From contig DASSRJ010000170.1 in NCBI GenBank assembly GCA_035701845.1, positions 9,175-73,174 of the forward strand: a stretch of DNA of 64,000 nt, given 5' to 3'. The translations under genes were made by a program, and so were the position numbers. Below the pieces are notes generated by a model. That model was not told where the DNA came from and ran no database searches. It saw nothing but the letters and a program-made list of their open reading frames with translations. Source of the stretch: Pseudolabrys sp. Its GTDB lineage: Bacteria > Pseudomonadota > Alphaproteobacteria > Rhizobiales > Xanthobacteraceae. This document shows, piece after piece, positions 1 to 7,700 of the stretch. Numbering within the stretch: the first letter of the stretch is position 1; each line of letters begins with the position of its first letter.

Positions 1-171
1 CTTCGCAGTTCGAGGTTCGAGACAGCGGGGACGGCCGCTGCCCCATGACAAAAGTAATTACCGCGGTCCGCCAGGCAACTGCGTTCCAGAGTTAAGCTAA
101 AACATAAACCTTAAGTGTGCCGGTCTGCCGGCTCTCGGACCAGCGTTCCCGGCTTTTTCAGGCCGCCCTGT

Positions 172-588
172 TCAGATCTTGTCTTCCTGCGCGCTTTTCT
201 CGCTCTTCAGCCGAAGCAGGACGTATCCGTATCTGAAGCTGCGGCTCTTGTCGCCGGCCGCCTCGATCCTGAATTCGCCGATCGTCTGGAACGCCCGCAG
301 CCCCTGCCCGCGGATGATCGTCGTCTGGCTGCCATCCTTTGATTTCCAGTAGATCTTCGCCTCAGTGTTCGATTCCAGGATTGTGAACAGCACCGTGTGC
401 CGTTCGTTGTCATCGACGATCGTCTTCGTCGGCGAGCCGCCCGTTTGTGTGCCGGAGCCGAGCGACTCGAATTCCTCGATCTGGCCGAAGTCAAAAACCT
501 GCGCGCGCGCGCCCGACTGAAGGCCCATACAGAGAAGCGTCAGGATCGCCGCGACGCATATCAACACCCGCCTGTTCAGGGCTGCCAT
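172..588 (-). CDS. Hypothetical exported protein (138 aa)
   Basis: Signal peptide MAALNRRVLICVAAILTLLCMGLQSGARA followed by a globular beta-rich sequence; no family recognised. Confidence 0.7.
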   Translation of the reverse strand: MAALNRRVLICVAAILTLLCMGLQSGARAQVFDFGQIEEFESLGSGTQTGGSPTKTIVDDNERHTVLFTILESNTEAKIYWKSKDGSQTTIIRGQGLRAFQTIGEFRIEAAGDKSRSFRYGYVLLRLKSEKSAQEDKI

Positions 589-915
589 CTCACCGCCTCA
601 ATAACCCGCCCGCCAGCGATCCTGCCCCCGCGCCGCCGCCATGACAGCGACCAGGAGCACCTGCAAAGAACGCGATTTAGTTGGCACAGGCTGCATGTCC
701 GAAAAGGCTAAGGTCCAAAGAGGACGCCTTTAAGGCTATAGAGGCAAAGCGTAGCGGGACGGGTGCCAATGGCGGAGCAGCAATGCTGCCCTTTACCGTA
801 ATGTTGCAGCCGCAAAAAGTCGCACGTGGCTCGGCTTTAAGAAAAAAGGCCGATTCGACAGCGGCTCCTGTTCCCTTTTGTACAGTCCGGGCACGCGACC
901 CGGTTTCTGGTCTTT

Positions 916-1476
916 TTAGTTTACGCTTGAATGGCGGCCGGAGGGATTTTCGGCATAGGAGCCGCGCGGGTTGACGATCACGTAGCCTTTGATTGATCGG
1001 ACGTGCTCGCGCGTCAGCCCGCCGCCGGAATTGCCGTCGTGAACGAGCCAGTCGTTGCCGCCGACATGGCTCATGAGGACCATGACATGACCGCTGCGCG
1101 CAGCAGCCATGCCGGGCGCCGGTGACGTGCGGGGGAATTTCCTGATCCAGTTCGAAGCCAGATTGAGCTCAGGCCGAATCTTTCCGAATAGATAGAGCGA
1201 AGCCTCGCAGCCACAGAACCGATGCGGGCAGCCTTGCGGCCTGCGGCTCACCACCTCGCCGCCATTGGCATCGACCGCGCCATTTGCCTCGGCCCGCGCA
1301 GCCCGTGCCCGCCTCACCTGATCGGAACAGCCTCGCATGTCGCAGACAATCGTCTGGCGCTGTTGTTTGTGCCGAGGCGTCGCATGGGCGCTCACCGCGA
1401 ACGTAATCGAAAGCGCAATTGAAAGAAGTGCAATCAACGTGGTTTGTTTTTTCAAAACTGATACTCCATCCATCAA
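916..1476 (-). CDS. Exported protein with CHAP/NlpC-P60-like Cys-His domain (putative cell-wall hydrolase)
   Basis: Signal peptide ending AHA; RPQGCPHRFCGC, then LASNW, PAPGMAAARSGHV and DGNSGGG in CHAP-like order. A TTG start at 1455 with an SD is also possible. Confidence 0.6.
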   Translation of the reverse strand: MMDGVSVLKKQTTLIALLSIALSITFAVSAHATPRHKQQRQTIVCDMRGCSDQVRRARAARAEANGAVDANGGEVVSRRPQGCPHRFCGCEASLYLFGKIRPELNLASNWIRKFPRTSPAPGMAAARSGHVMVLMSHVGGNDWLVHDGNSGGGLTREHVRSIKGYVIVNPRGSYAENPSGRHSSVN

Positions 1477-1718
1477 AGCGGTCAGGCCGTGTGAACGGTG
1501 TTTTCCGCTTTTCCTTTCATGTGATGGATGAAGCCGTAGCCACTCGCGTTTGCCACAGCCAGCAAATCCGCTCGGTAAGCTGACCAGGTAAGGTTAAACG
1601 TTAAGATGAAGCGCCCTGTCCCGATACTTTCGATAGTAAATGACCCACACGGCGCCGGAAACGCAAAAGAGGCCGCCATAACAGCGGCCTCCACTAGTTT
1701 GATCCAAGCCAGGGACGC

Positions 1719-1976
1719 CTAGCTCTGGCTGCCGATTCCGAAATCGCGGAAATACCGAAGGCCGTAACCCTCGAAGGATTCCGCCGGTTCAGAGGCCATC
1801 GAGTCGAGGGCATGGCTCTTTCGTGTGTGGTCGCGAACGCCGTCGTCCATCGTATGCGGCGCGCGTTTTCCAGCAGCATGTATCCGATGATCCATTGCGA
1901 TGTCGTCTGCAAGCGCCGGAGCGGTTGCGGCCAGCGCCAAAGCCGAGGCGAGGAATACCTTGGTAATGATCTTCAT
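1719..1976 (-). CDS. Small secreted His-rich protein (85 aa)
   Basis: MKIITKVFLASALALAATAPALA signal peptide; GGA SD upstream of ATG 1976; the ORF-track N-terminal extension is unlikely. Confidence 0.75.
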   Translation of the reverse strand: MKIITKVFLASALALAATAPALADDIAMDHRIHAAGKRAPHTMDDGVRDHTRKSHALDSMASEPAESFEGYGLRYFRDFGIGSQS

Positions 1977-2226
1977 GGTTTTCCGTCCATTCGTTCGGGC
2001 AAGATGGATTTTCTTGCGTACGCCCGATGTGGCGGAGCGCCGCTTCACGCTCAATCCACGGTTTGGTCACGGGCGTCGCACTCCCGCTCACGAGAAAAGG
2101 AGGGAATAGTCACAACTCGCTGCCGTTTGGCGTCATGACTGCTGCGCACGCACCGGATGCTTCGTGCGCATAGGTTTCACACACACGTTATTTGTTATTG
2201 AGTTTTTTGGTCTTTAATCGCGTGTC

Positions 2227-2616
2227 ATGCGACGCGCAGACCGAAGGCCCGGCCAGAACTTCGCGCAGCGTTTGCCTGTGCAGGCAATCGCTCTGTGCAT
2301 TTTTGCCGGCGTCTCCATTCTCGCGCCATTCACTGGCGCAAGCCATGGCTTCATCGGCGCGGCTCCATCGAACGTCGGGCAAACAATTGCCGTCGTAGAA
2401 AACACTGCACCGGCATTGGGAGGCCGTTGCCATGGCGGTGTTGCGCCGACCGCAAGCGTCTTCTGTGCGATGCCAGGATTTTCCGTAACGCTTTCCTTTT
2501 GTGACGCCGCCTGCGTTGCGCCATCGGCCGTCGCTGAAAAAGTAGCAATCGCAACCAGGCCCGCGCGCACGCATCAATGGCGCAGAGGCCCGCCCTACCG
2601 CCCTCCGCGCGCCTAG
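2227..2616 (+). CDS. Putative DUF2946/CruR-like upstream ORF with C-terminal RGPP arrest-type motif
   Basis: Basic N-region, hydrophobic segment QAIALCIFAGVSILAPF, Cys/His residues (CH, C, CxxxC), C-terminus RRGPPYRPPRA; co-oriented 116 nt upstream of the DsbA-like gene. Confidence 0.6.
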   Translation: MRRADRRPGQNFAQRLPVQAIALCIFAGVSILAPFTGASHGFIGAAPSNVGQTIAVVENTAPALGGRCHGGVAPTASVFCAMPGFSVTLSFCDAACVAPSAVAEKVAIATRPARTHQWRRGPPYRPPRA

Positions 2617-2732
2617 CCACAGCCAGAACGCCCCTCCAACAACCTAGTCGGGACCTTGTGTCTCACTCTGGCGCGGCGCACGTCGCCGCAGGCCCTGCTG
2701 CAGGGCACCCATCGAACTGGAACGAAATCATC

Positions 2733-3380
2733 ATGATCAACCGACGATCCTATGTTGCAATGAACCTGACCTTGCTCGCGTCGGCGGCAAATCCATTGAC
2801 CGGCTTTGGATATACCCTCGCTGCCGCTGACAATCGTGACGTCCTCAGCCGTGAGAGTGTTTGGAATGACCCGGACATCCCGGCCTTGGGTAACCCTGAA
2901 GGGGACATCACATTGGTCGAGTATTTCGACTATCAGTGCCCGATATGCAGAGCGGTTCACCCCGATCTATCGCGCGTGATCCGCGACGACGGCAAGGTGC
3001 GTTTGGTATCGAAGAACTGGCCGATCTTCGGCGAGGCATCGATCTATGCCGCGCAGATTGCACTTGCAGCCAAATACCAGGGCAAATTCTCAGAAGCTCA
3101 CGAAGCGCTTTTTGCCGCAAAGATCTCATTCAGGCAGGGCGTTGTTCACGACATTCTGTCGAAGGCGGGCGTGAATGTTACGAAAGCCGCAAGCGACCTT
3201 GACGCCAATCGCAGGACAGTCGAAGCCGTCCTGGCGCGCAATCAGCAGCAGGCGGTCGCATTCGGTTTTCTCGGCACACCGGGTTTTATTGTTGGCACGT
3301 TCCGGATTGGCGGCGGGCTCGATGCGACTGGTTTCCGGCAAGCCATCGCTGCCGCACGCCTAGCGGTAAAATCTCCATGA
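2733..3380 (+). CDS. DsbA-family thiol-disulfide oxidoreductase with twin-arginine-like signal
   Basis: GNPEGDITLVEYFDYQCPIC active site, KNWPIFG and the GTP cis-Pro loop; N-terminus MINRRSYVA. Confidence 0.9.
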   Translation: MINRRSYVAMNLTLLASAANPLTGFGYTLAAADNRDVLSRESVWNDPDIPALGNPEGDITLVEYFDYQCPICRAVHPDLSRVIRDDGKVRLVSKNWPIFGEASIYAAQIALAAKYQGKFSEAHEALFAAKISFRQGVVHDILSKAGVNVTKAASDLDANRRTVEAVLARNQQQAVAFGFLGTPGFIVGTFRIGGGLDATGFRQAIAAARLAVKSP

Positions 3381-3769
3381 GAGCACCGATCCTTCGGATC
3401 GCTCGCATGAGCGTCGACCTCGAGACGGTCCTGCGATTCTACCGGGACGGCCTTGGGCTGACTTTACTGTTCGAGTTCAAAGACCATAACGGCTTCGACG
3501 GTGTCGTGCTCGGCCGGCGCGACGCACCGTACCATCTCGAGTTTACAAAAAAGCGCAGCCACCAGGCGGGTCCGGCACGGTCACACGACAATTTGCTTGT
3601 TTTCTATCTGCCAGACCCAGCCGCCTGGCTAACGGCAGTGCAAAGGATGCGGGAGGCAGGCTTTGCACCGGTCTCGCCCTTTAACCCATACTGGGAATGG
3701 GCAGGCGTAACTTTCGAAGATCCCGATGGCTATCGCGTCGTATCGCACAATGCGAACTGCGGCGTGTGA
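3377..3769 (+). CDS. VOC/glyoxalase family protein (YycE-like)
   Basis: LRIAR, FYRDGLGL, HLEF, NPYW and TFEDPDGYRVV motifs; ATGA overlap with the dsbA stop. Confidence 0.85.
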   Translation: MRAPILRIARMSVDLETVLRFYRDGLGLTLLFEFKDHNGFDGVVLGRRDAPYHLEFTKKRSHQAGPARSHDNLLVFYLPDPAAWLTAVQRMREAGFAPVSPFNPYWEWAGVTFEDPDGYRVVSHNANCGV

Positions 3770-3793
3770 CCCACCGCCATTCTGCGCCTTCGC

Positions 3794-4552
3794 CTAGGCG
3801 TTCTGGCGGTCGTTATCGATCGGGATCACCTGCCCCGAAATCGCCTTCGCGGCGTCGGACGCGAGGAATACCGCCAGCTGCGCGATATCCTTCGGATCGA
3901 CCATGGCCTTGATCGACGCCGCGGCCAGCGCATCCACCTTCACCTCCTCGAGCGAGCGCCCGCTGATCTGCGCACGGCCCTGGAAAACGCGCACGATCCG
4001 GTCGCCCTCCACCGCGCCAGGCGCGATTGCGTTGGCGCGGATGCCCCATTCGCCGAGCTCCATCGCCAGCGTCTTGGTCAGGCCGATGACGCCCCATTTC
4101 GTCGCGGCATAGGGGCTTCGATTGGGAAAGCCGTAACGGCCTGCAACCGACGACATGTTGATGATGCAGCCCGCCTTCGATTTCTTCAGATGCGGAATGG
4201 CAAGCCGCGAGACGTCGAACATGGCCGTAAGGTTGACCGCAACAACCTTGTCCCAATCGTCAGGCGGGTAGTCGGCGATCGGCAGCGTCAGGCCGGCAAT
4301 ACCGGCATTATTGATAAGCACGTCAAGCCCGCCGAGCGCGCCCACAGCCTCCGGCACCATCCGCTCGATCTCGGCGCGGCTCGCCATGTCGCAGCGCCGC
4401 GCGGTAATGCCGGGAATTTCCTTGACGATTGCGGCAAGAGCCTTCTCGTCGATGTCGCACACGAAGACTTTGGCGCCGTTCGCAGCGAATGCGCGAGCAA
4501 ACTCCCGGCCGATGCCGGCGGCCCCGGCCGTTATCAGGACGCGTTGCGACAT
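3794..4552 (-). CDS. SDR family oxidoreductase
   Basis: TAGAAGIG, NNAG, catalytic YAATK and NAIAPG. Confidence 0.92.
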   Translation of the reverse strand: MSQRVLITAGAAGIGREFARAFAANGAKVFVCDIDEKALAAIVKEIPGITARRCDMASRAEIERMVPEAVGALGGLDVLINNAGIAGLTLPIADYPPDDWDKVVAVNLTAMFDVSRLAIPHLKKSKAGCIINMSSVAGRYGFPNRSPYAATKWGVIGLTKTLAMELGEWGIRANAIAPGAVEGDRIVRVFQGRAQISGRSLEEVKVDALAAASIKAMVDPKDIAQLAVFLASDAAKAISGQVIPIDNDRQNA

Positions 4553-4785
4553 GATTCGTGGCAATCAGACCATACTGATCAGCACGGGACAACGGCCCGC
4601 CGCTACTGCGTTCACCCTTGAAAGGCCCGAATCGGCTAAGCTCCCGCCGTTGATTCGGTTGTCGTTACTGCGCGCCCGGGCGGCTTGGCCCTGGAGCGGG
4701 TTTGCATTGGAGTGAGGTGCCCTGGTTCGAGTGAATTGAGGTGCAGTGCCGTGCGTTGGCAACACCATCGAGGGAGCTCTACGCC

Positions 4786-5130
4786 ATGGCGAAGAAGCGA
4801 AAGGCAGCAAGCAAACGGGCAAGTCGCAGGCGTCCCGCACGCCGGCGCGCGAGTGCGGATCAGACCGTCAACACACTAGTCATCCTGGTGGTGATCGTGA
4901 TCGTGCTCGGTGGCCTCTATCTCTACGCACAGAACAACAAGAAGCAGGCCGCACTGCTACAAAGCCTTTCGCCGGCAATCGCATCCATCGTAGCGCCGTT
5001 TAAGGCGGCGCTGGCACCTCAGGCTGTCGCGATTACGCCGGCAGCCCAGTCGGCGGCGATGGCACAGCCGCCCGAGCCCGCGGCGGGCCCCGATGGGCGC
5101 CAGCCGGTCGCTCAGATCGAAGCAAAATAA
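4786..5130 (+). CDS. Small single-pass membrane protein with very basic N-terminal tail
   Basis: GAGGGAG SD; MAKKRKAASKRASRRRPARRR, one TM segment (LVILVVIVIVLGGLYLY), Ala/Pro/Gln-rich C-terminus. Confidence 0.75.
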   Translation: MAKKRKAASKRASRRRPARRRASADQTVNTLVILVVIVIVLGGLYLYAQNNKKQAALLQSLSPAIASIVAPFKAALAPQAVAITPAAQSAAMAQPPEPAAGPDGRQPVAQIEAK

Positions 5131-5145
5131 GAGGCGAAGCCAGGC

Positions 5146-5511
5146 CTAGATGCCGTTGCTTTCGCTTAACTGCGCAATGCGTTTGCGCAGGGCTGCTTTT
5201 TCGGCCTCGCAGTCGCGCAGCCGCTTTGCCCATTCGAGCGGCACCGGCACATCCTGATTGTACTCGTTGAGGAATGCGACACCGGCCTCGTTCGGCGTGC
5301 GCCATATCATGCGCGCCCGGAACGAACGCTCCTTGCGTGCGACCTTCAGATCAAACCGATCCGGCACAACAGCTGTACTGTCGAAAGTCACTTTGGCGCC
5401 GCCGGTCGACAGGTTCCGCACTTGGCAATCCATCGTCGACGCACGATCGTTGAATGCGATCACGCCGCCGAGCAGCGTGCGCGAGCGGGCGGCTTTTCTT
5501 TTTTCAACCAT
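5146..5511 (-). CDS. PilZ domain c-di-GMP receptor
   Basis: RKAAR (RxxxR) and NLSTGG (D/NxSxxG) motifs; C-terminal coiled-coil-like helix. Confidence 0.9.
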   Translation of the reverse strand: MVEKRKAARSRTLLGGVIAFNDRASTMDCQVRNLSTGGAKVTFDSTAVVPDRFDLKVARKERSFRARMIWRTPNEAGVAFLNEYNQDVPVPLEWAKRLRDCEAEKAALRKRIAQLSESNGI

Positions 5512-5619
5512 CGACTTGCTCCAGGCGATTTCGCGAGAGCGATATCAAGGGGCGGACGCGCGACAAATCGACCAAACGCACAAACTGCGCGTTAGCGTTA
5601 AGTGCAAGGTTAGCGGAGA

Positions 5620-6024
5620 TCAGTTCTGGCAGCGCGTGACTGAAACGACTCGCTCGCCGCCATCTTCCGACCGGACCGTCATCGGCTGTTGGACGCGCTG
5701 GCATGGCCGCGATGTTTCGACCGCGACTGCAACCGGCACGGCAACCGTTTCTGTGATGGCAGGCTGCGTCGCATACACGCCGCCATAGCCGTAGTACCGC
5801 CACTTGTTGCTCTGCCACCACAACTGGCCGTTATTCATCGCGTACCACCAGTTATTATTGTTGTTCTTCCACCACTGGCCCTTGTTGTTCATCGCGTGGT
5901 GACCGTGGCCGCCGGATTTAAAACCGGGCCCGCCCTTCCCGCCGCCGGGCCCGGACACCGCAGCGTCAGGCTGGGCGAGAAGCAGGACCGTTACGGCAGC
6001 CACCGCAAATGCGATCTTTTTCAT
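5620..6024 (-). CDS. Secreted Gly/Asn/Trp-rich low-complexity protein (134 aa)
   Basis: Signal peptide MKKIAFAVAAVTVLLLAQ, internal repeat AMNN(K)GQ(L)WW x2, C-terminal PC...SEDGGER..VTRC module. Confidence 0.75.
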   Translation of the reverse strand: MKKIAFAVAAVTVLLLAQPDAAVSGPGGGKGGPGFKSGGHGHHAMNNKGQWWKNNNNNWWYAMNNGQLWWQSNKWRYYGYGGVYATQPAITETVAVPVAVAVETSRPCQRVQQPMTVRSEDGGERVVSVTRCQN

Positions 6025-6123
6025 AAAATGATGATTCAATATTCCGTATCCCGGTTCAAGACGCAGGCGCAAAAAAGCCGGCTGCAGCGCCCGGCAGGGC
6101 TCTGATTGGGGCGTGAAACGGCC

Positions 6124-6573
6124 CTATTCGGCCGGTCGTAGCGCCGAATCTGCCTTTCGGCGAGCCAGTACCGCATCGAGGCTCCATGGTCCGCCCCCGA
6201 CGAAGGCGATGTAGAGAAAGATAAAGCAATAAAGGATTGCGGCTTCGCCGCGATTGTTGATCGGGAAAAAGTCGCGCGGCGCGTGACTCATGAAATAGGC
6301 AAAGGCCATTTCCCCCGACATGACGAATGCCGACGCACGCGAGAAGAGCCCTATTGCGAGCAGCGCGCCGCCGACCAGCTCGATTGCGCCCGCGAACCAC
6401 GACAGCGAGAAGAGAACAGGCGATGGGGAGGCTTGCGGAAAGCCGAACAGCTTTGCCAAGCCATGCTCAAAGAACAGCAGCGCGACCATGATGCGCACGA
6501 TGCTCAGCACCTGCGGCGCATAACGCGACCAGGTATCCTGGTCCGCCACCGTGCTTTGCCTGAATTGCGTCAT
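6124..6573 (-). CDS. DoxX family membrane protein
   Basis: RIMVALLFFEHGLAKLFG, IELVGGALLAIGLFSR and GGGPWSLD; GGAGGGA SD before ATG 6573. Confidence 0.9.
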   Translation of the reverse strand: MTQFRQSTVADQDTWSRYAPQVLSIVRIMVALLFFEHGLAKLFGFPQASPSPVLFSLSWFAGAIELVGGALLAIGLFSRASAFVMSGEMAFAYFMSHAPRDFFPINNRGEAAILYCFIFLYIAFVGGGPWSLDAVLARRKADSALRPAE

Positions 6574-6790
6574 TTGTCCCTCCTGTCCCTCCACCTTCCA
6601 GCTTGGCCCGGTCTGGATGGCACCTTGAATAACGCCTGTCGTCCGCTTCGGCGATCACAACCGATCACAACAATGTGTGAAGTCTCACGCGACAATGGCG
6701 ACCCAAAATTGTGGAACTTGCGCACTCTCGACCATTTGCTCCACCATTTGGAGGACGCGAGGAGTCAAAAAATACGCCAAACGCCTGAAA

Positions 6791-7258
6791 ATGTCGGGGC
6801 GAGGTCACGCGATACGAATACGAAATTGCATCGTTGCAGCCACACTCGCTGCGTTGAGCGCCTGGCCGTCGCAGGCCGAGACCATCGATATCGTCGGCGA
6901 TCGTGGCGGCAGCGGCAGCGGCAGCAACTACGTTGCGCGCTGGGCCCAGTATCGCCGCGATGGGGTTCACGTCCGAATTGCCGGCCCATGTGAATCCGAG
7001 TGCACAATGATCATCGGTTATCTCAACCGAGACCACATTTGTGTCACGCCGGAGGGTCGTTTTGGCTTCCGCCTCGCCGACCTGCCCCGCGAAACGGCGG
7101 CGCTCTGGCGATCGTACCCGATGGACATCAAGGTCTGGCTCAGCCGGAACGGCGGCCTGACGCATCAATTCATGTGGATGCGGTCTCCGGAAGTCTACCG
7201 CTTCTTCCACCGATGCGAAGAAACGCGACGTTATTCCTCTTTCTCGGTCGTAAAGTAA
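6791..7258 (+). CDS. Exported protein of the rhizobial ClpP/crotonase-fold-like hypothetical family
   Basis: Signal peptide ending PSQA; DRGG, IAGPCESEC, ICVT, FGFR, SYP and GGLT pattern matches from memory a family with GG...CxSAC...GFH; the fold call is inference. Confidence 0.6.
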   Translation: MSGRGHAIRIRNCIVAATLAALSAWPSQAETIDIVGDRGGSGSGSNYVARWAQYRRDGVHVRIAGPCESECTMIIGYLNRDHICVTPEGRFGFRLADLPRETAALWRSYPMDIKVWLSRNGGLTHQFMWMRSPEVYRFFHRCEETRRYSSFSVVK

Positions 7259-7539
7259 AGCGGATAACCTTTTGCACGACCCATCTCGGTCGCTTCCTTC
7301 GCCTTGGTCTCCGCCACGTCGCGCGTATAGACAGCGATCACGCAAGCACCCTTCTGGTGCGCCGTCATCATGACCTTGTAGGCATGGCTTTCGTTCATCC
7401 GGAAGACGGCCTTAAGAACCAGGACGACGAATTCGCGCGGGGTATAGTCGTCGTTGAGCAGAATTACTTTCCACAGCGGCGGCCGCTGCGTCTTCGCTTT
7501 CACTTTGGTCCGCGGTTTCTCGAGGGTCTTCTGGCTCAC
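7231..7539 (-). CDS. clpS: ATP-dependent Clp protease adaptor ClpS (orphan, ClpS2-type)
   Basis: KVILLNDDYTP.EFV, MMTAH..G and YPL motifs; GTG start with AGAGGA SD; no clpA next to it. Confidence 0.93.
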   Translation of the reverse strand: MSQKTLEKPRTKVKAKTQRPPLWKVILLNDDYTPREFVVLVLKAVFRMNESHAYKVMMTAHQKGACVIAVYTRDVAETKAKEATEMGRAKGYPLYFTTEKEE

Positions 7540-7700
7540 ATAGAATCCTCTTGAGCCGGCTTCCCGTCACAAGCCCGCATCTTGCCCCCAACCCAGAGGG
7601 CGTTCCACTGCTTCAGCTTGCGCGTCGGTATCCGTCGAAAACTTCGACAAAATACAAGGCGACGACAACCGCAGTCGCCATAGGCAGGTTGGTAATGGCG

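Noticed and set aside
681-696. TTGGCACAGGCTGCA as a sigma54 promoter
   Set aside because: GG-to-GC spacing is 8, not the required 10, and it points away from the nearby gene start.
1588-1607. TTAA-rich tracts here and at 92-115, 5598-5613 and 59284-59302 as full CtrA boxes
   Set aside because: Spacings are 3, 15, 8 and 4 rather than 7; half-sites at best.
1482-1694. 70-aa ORF between the CHAP-like gene and the secreted peptide gene
   Set aside because: No recognisable motif, and it covers AT-rich promoter-like DNA.
2188-2577. Minus-strand ORFs 2188-2577 and 2214-2570
   Set aside because: They overlap the + strand RGPP uORF, which has a coherent signal/Cys/RGPP layout and fits the dsbA operon; treated as shadows, though not disproved.
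4720-4735. GGTTCGAGT (and GGTTCAATC at 9618) as tRNA T-loops
   Set aside because: No matching T-stem, acceptor stem or cloverleaf; no tRNA is supported in the window.
7613-7681. 22-aa hydrophobic mini-ORF upstream of clpS
   Set aside because: No SD and no other support.
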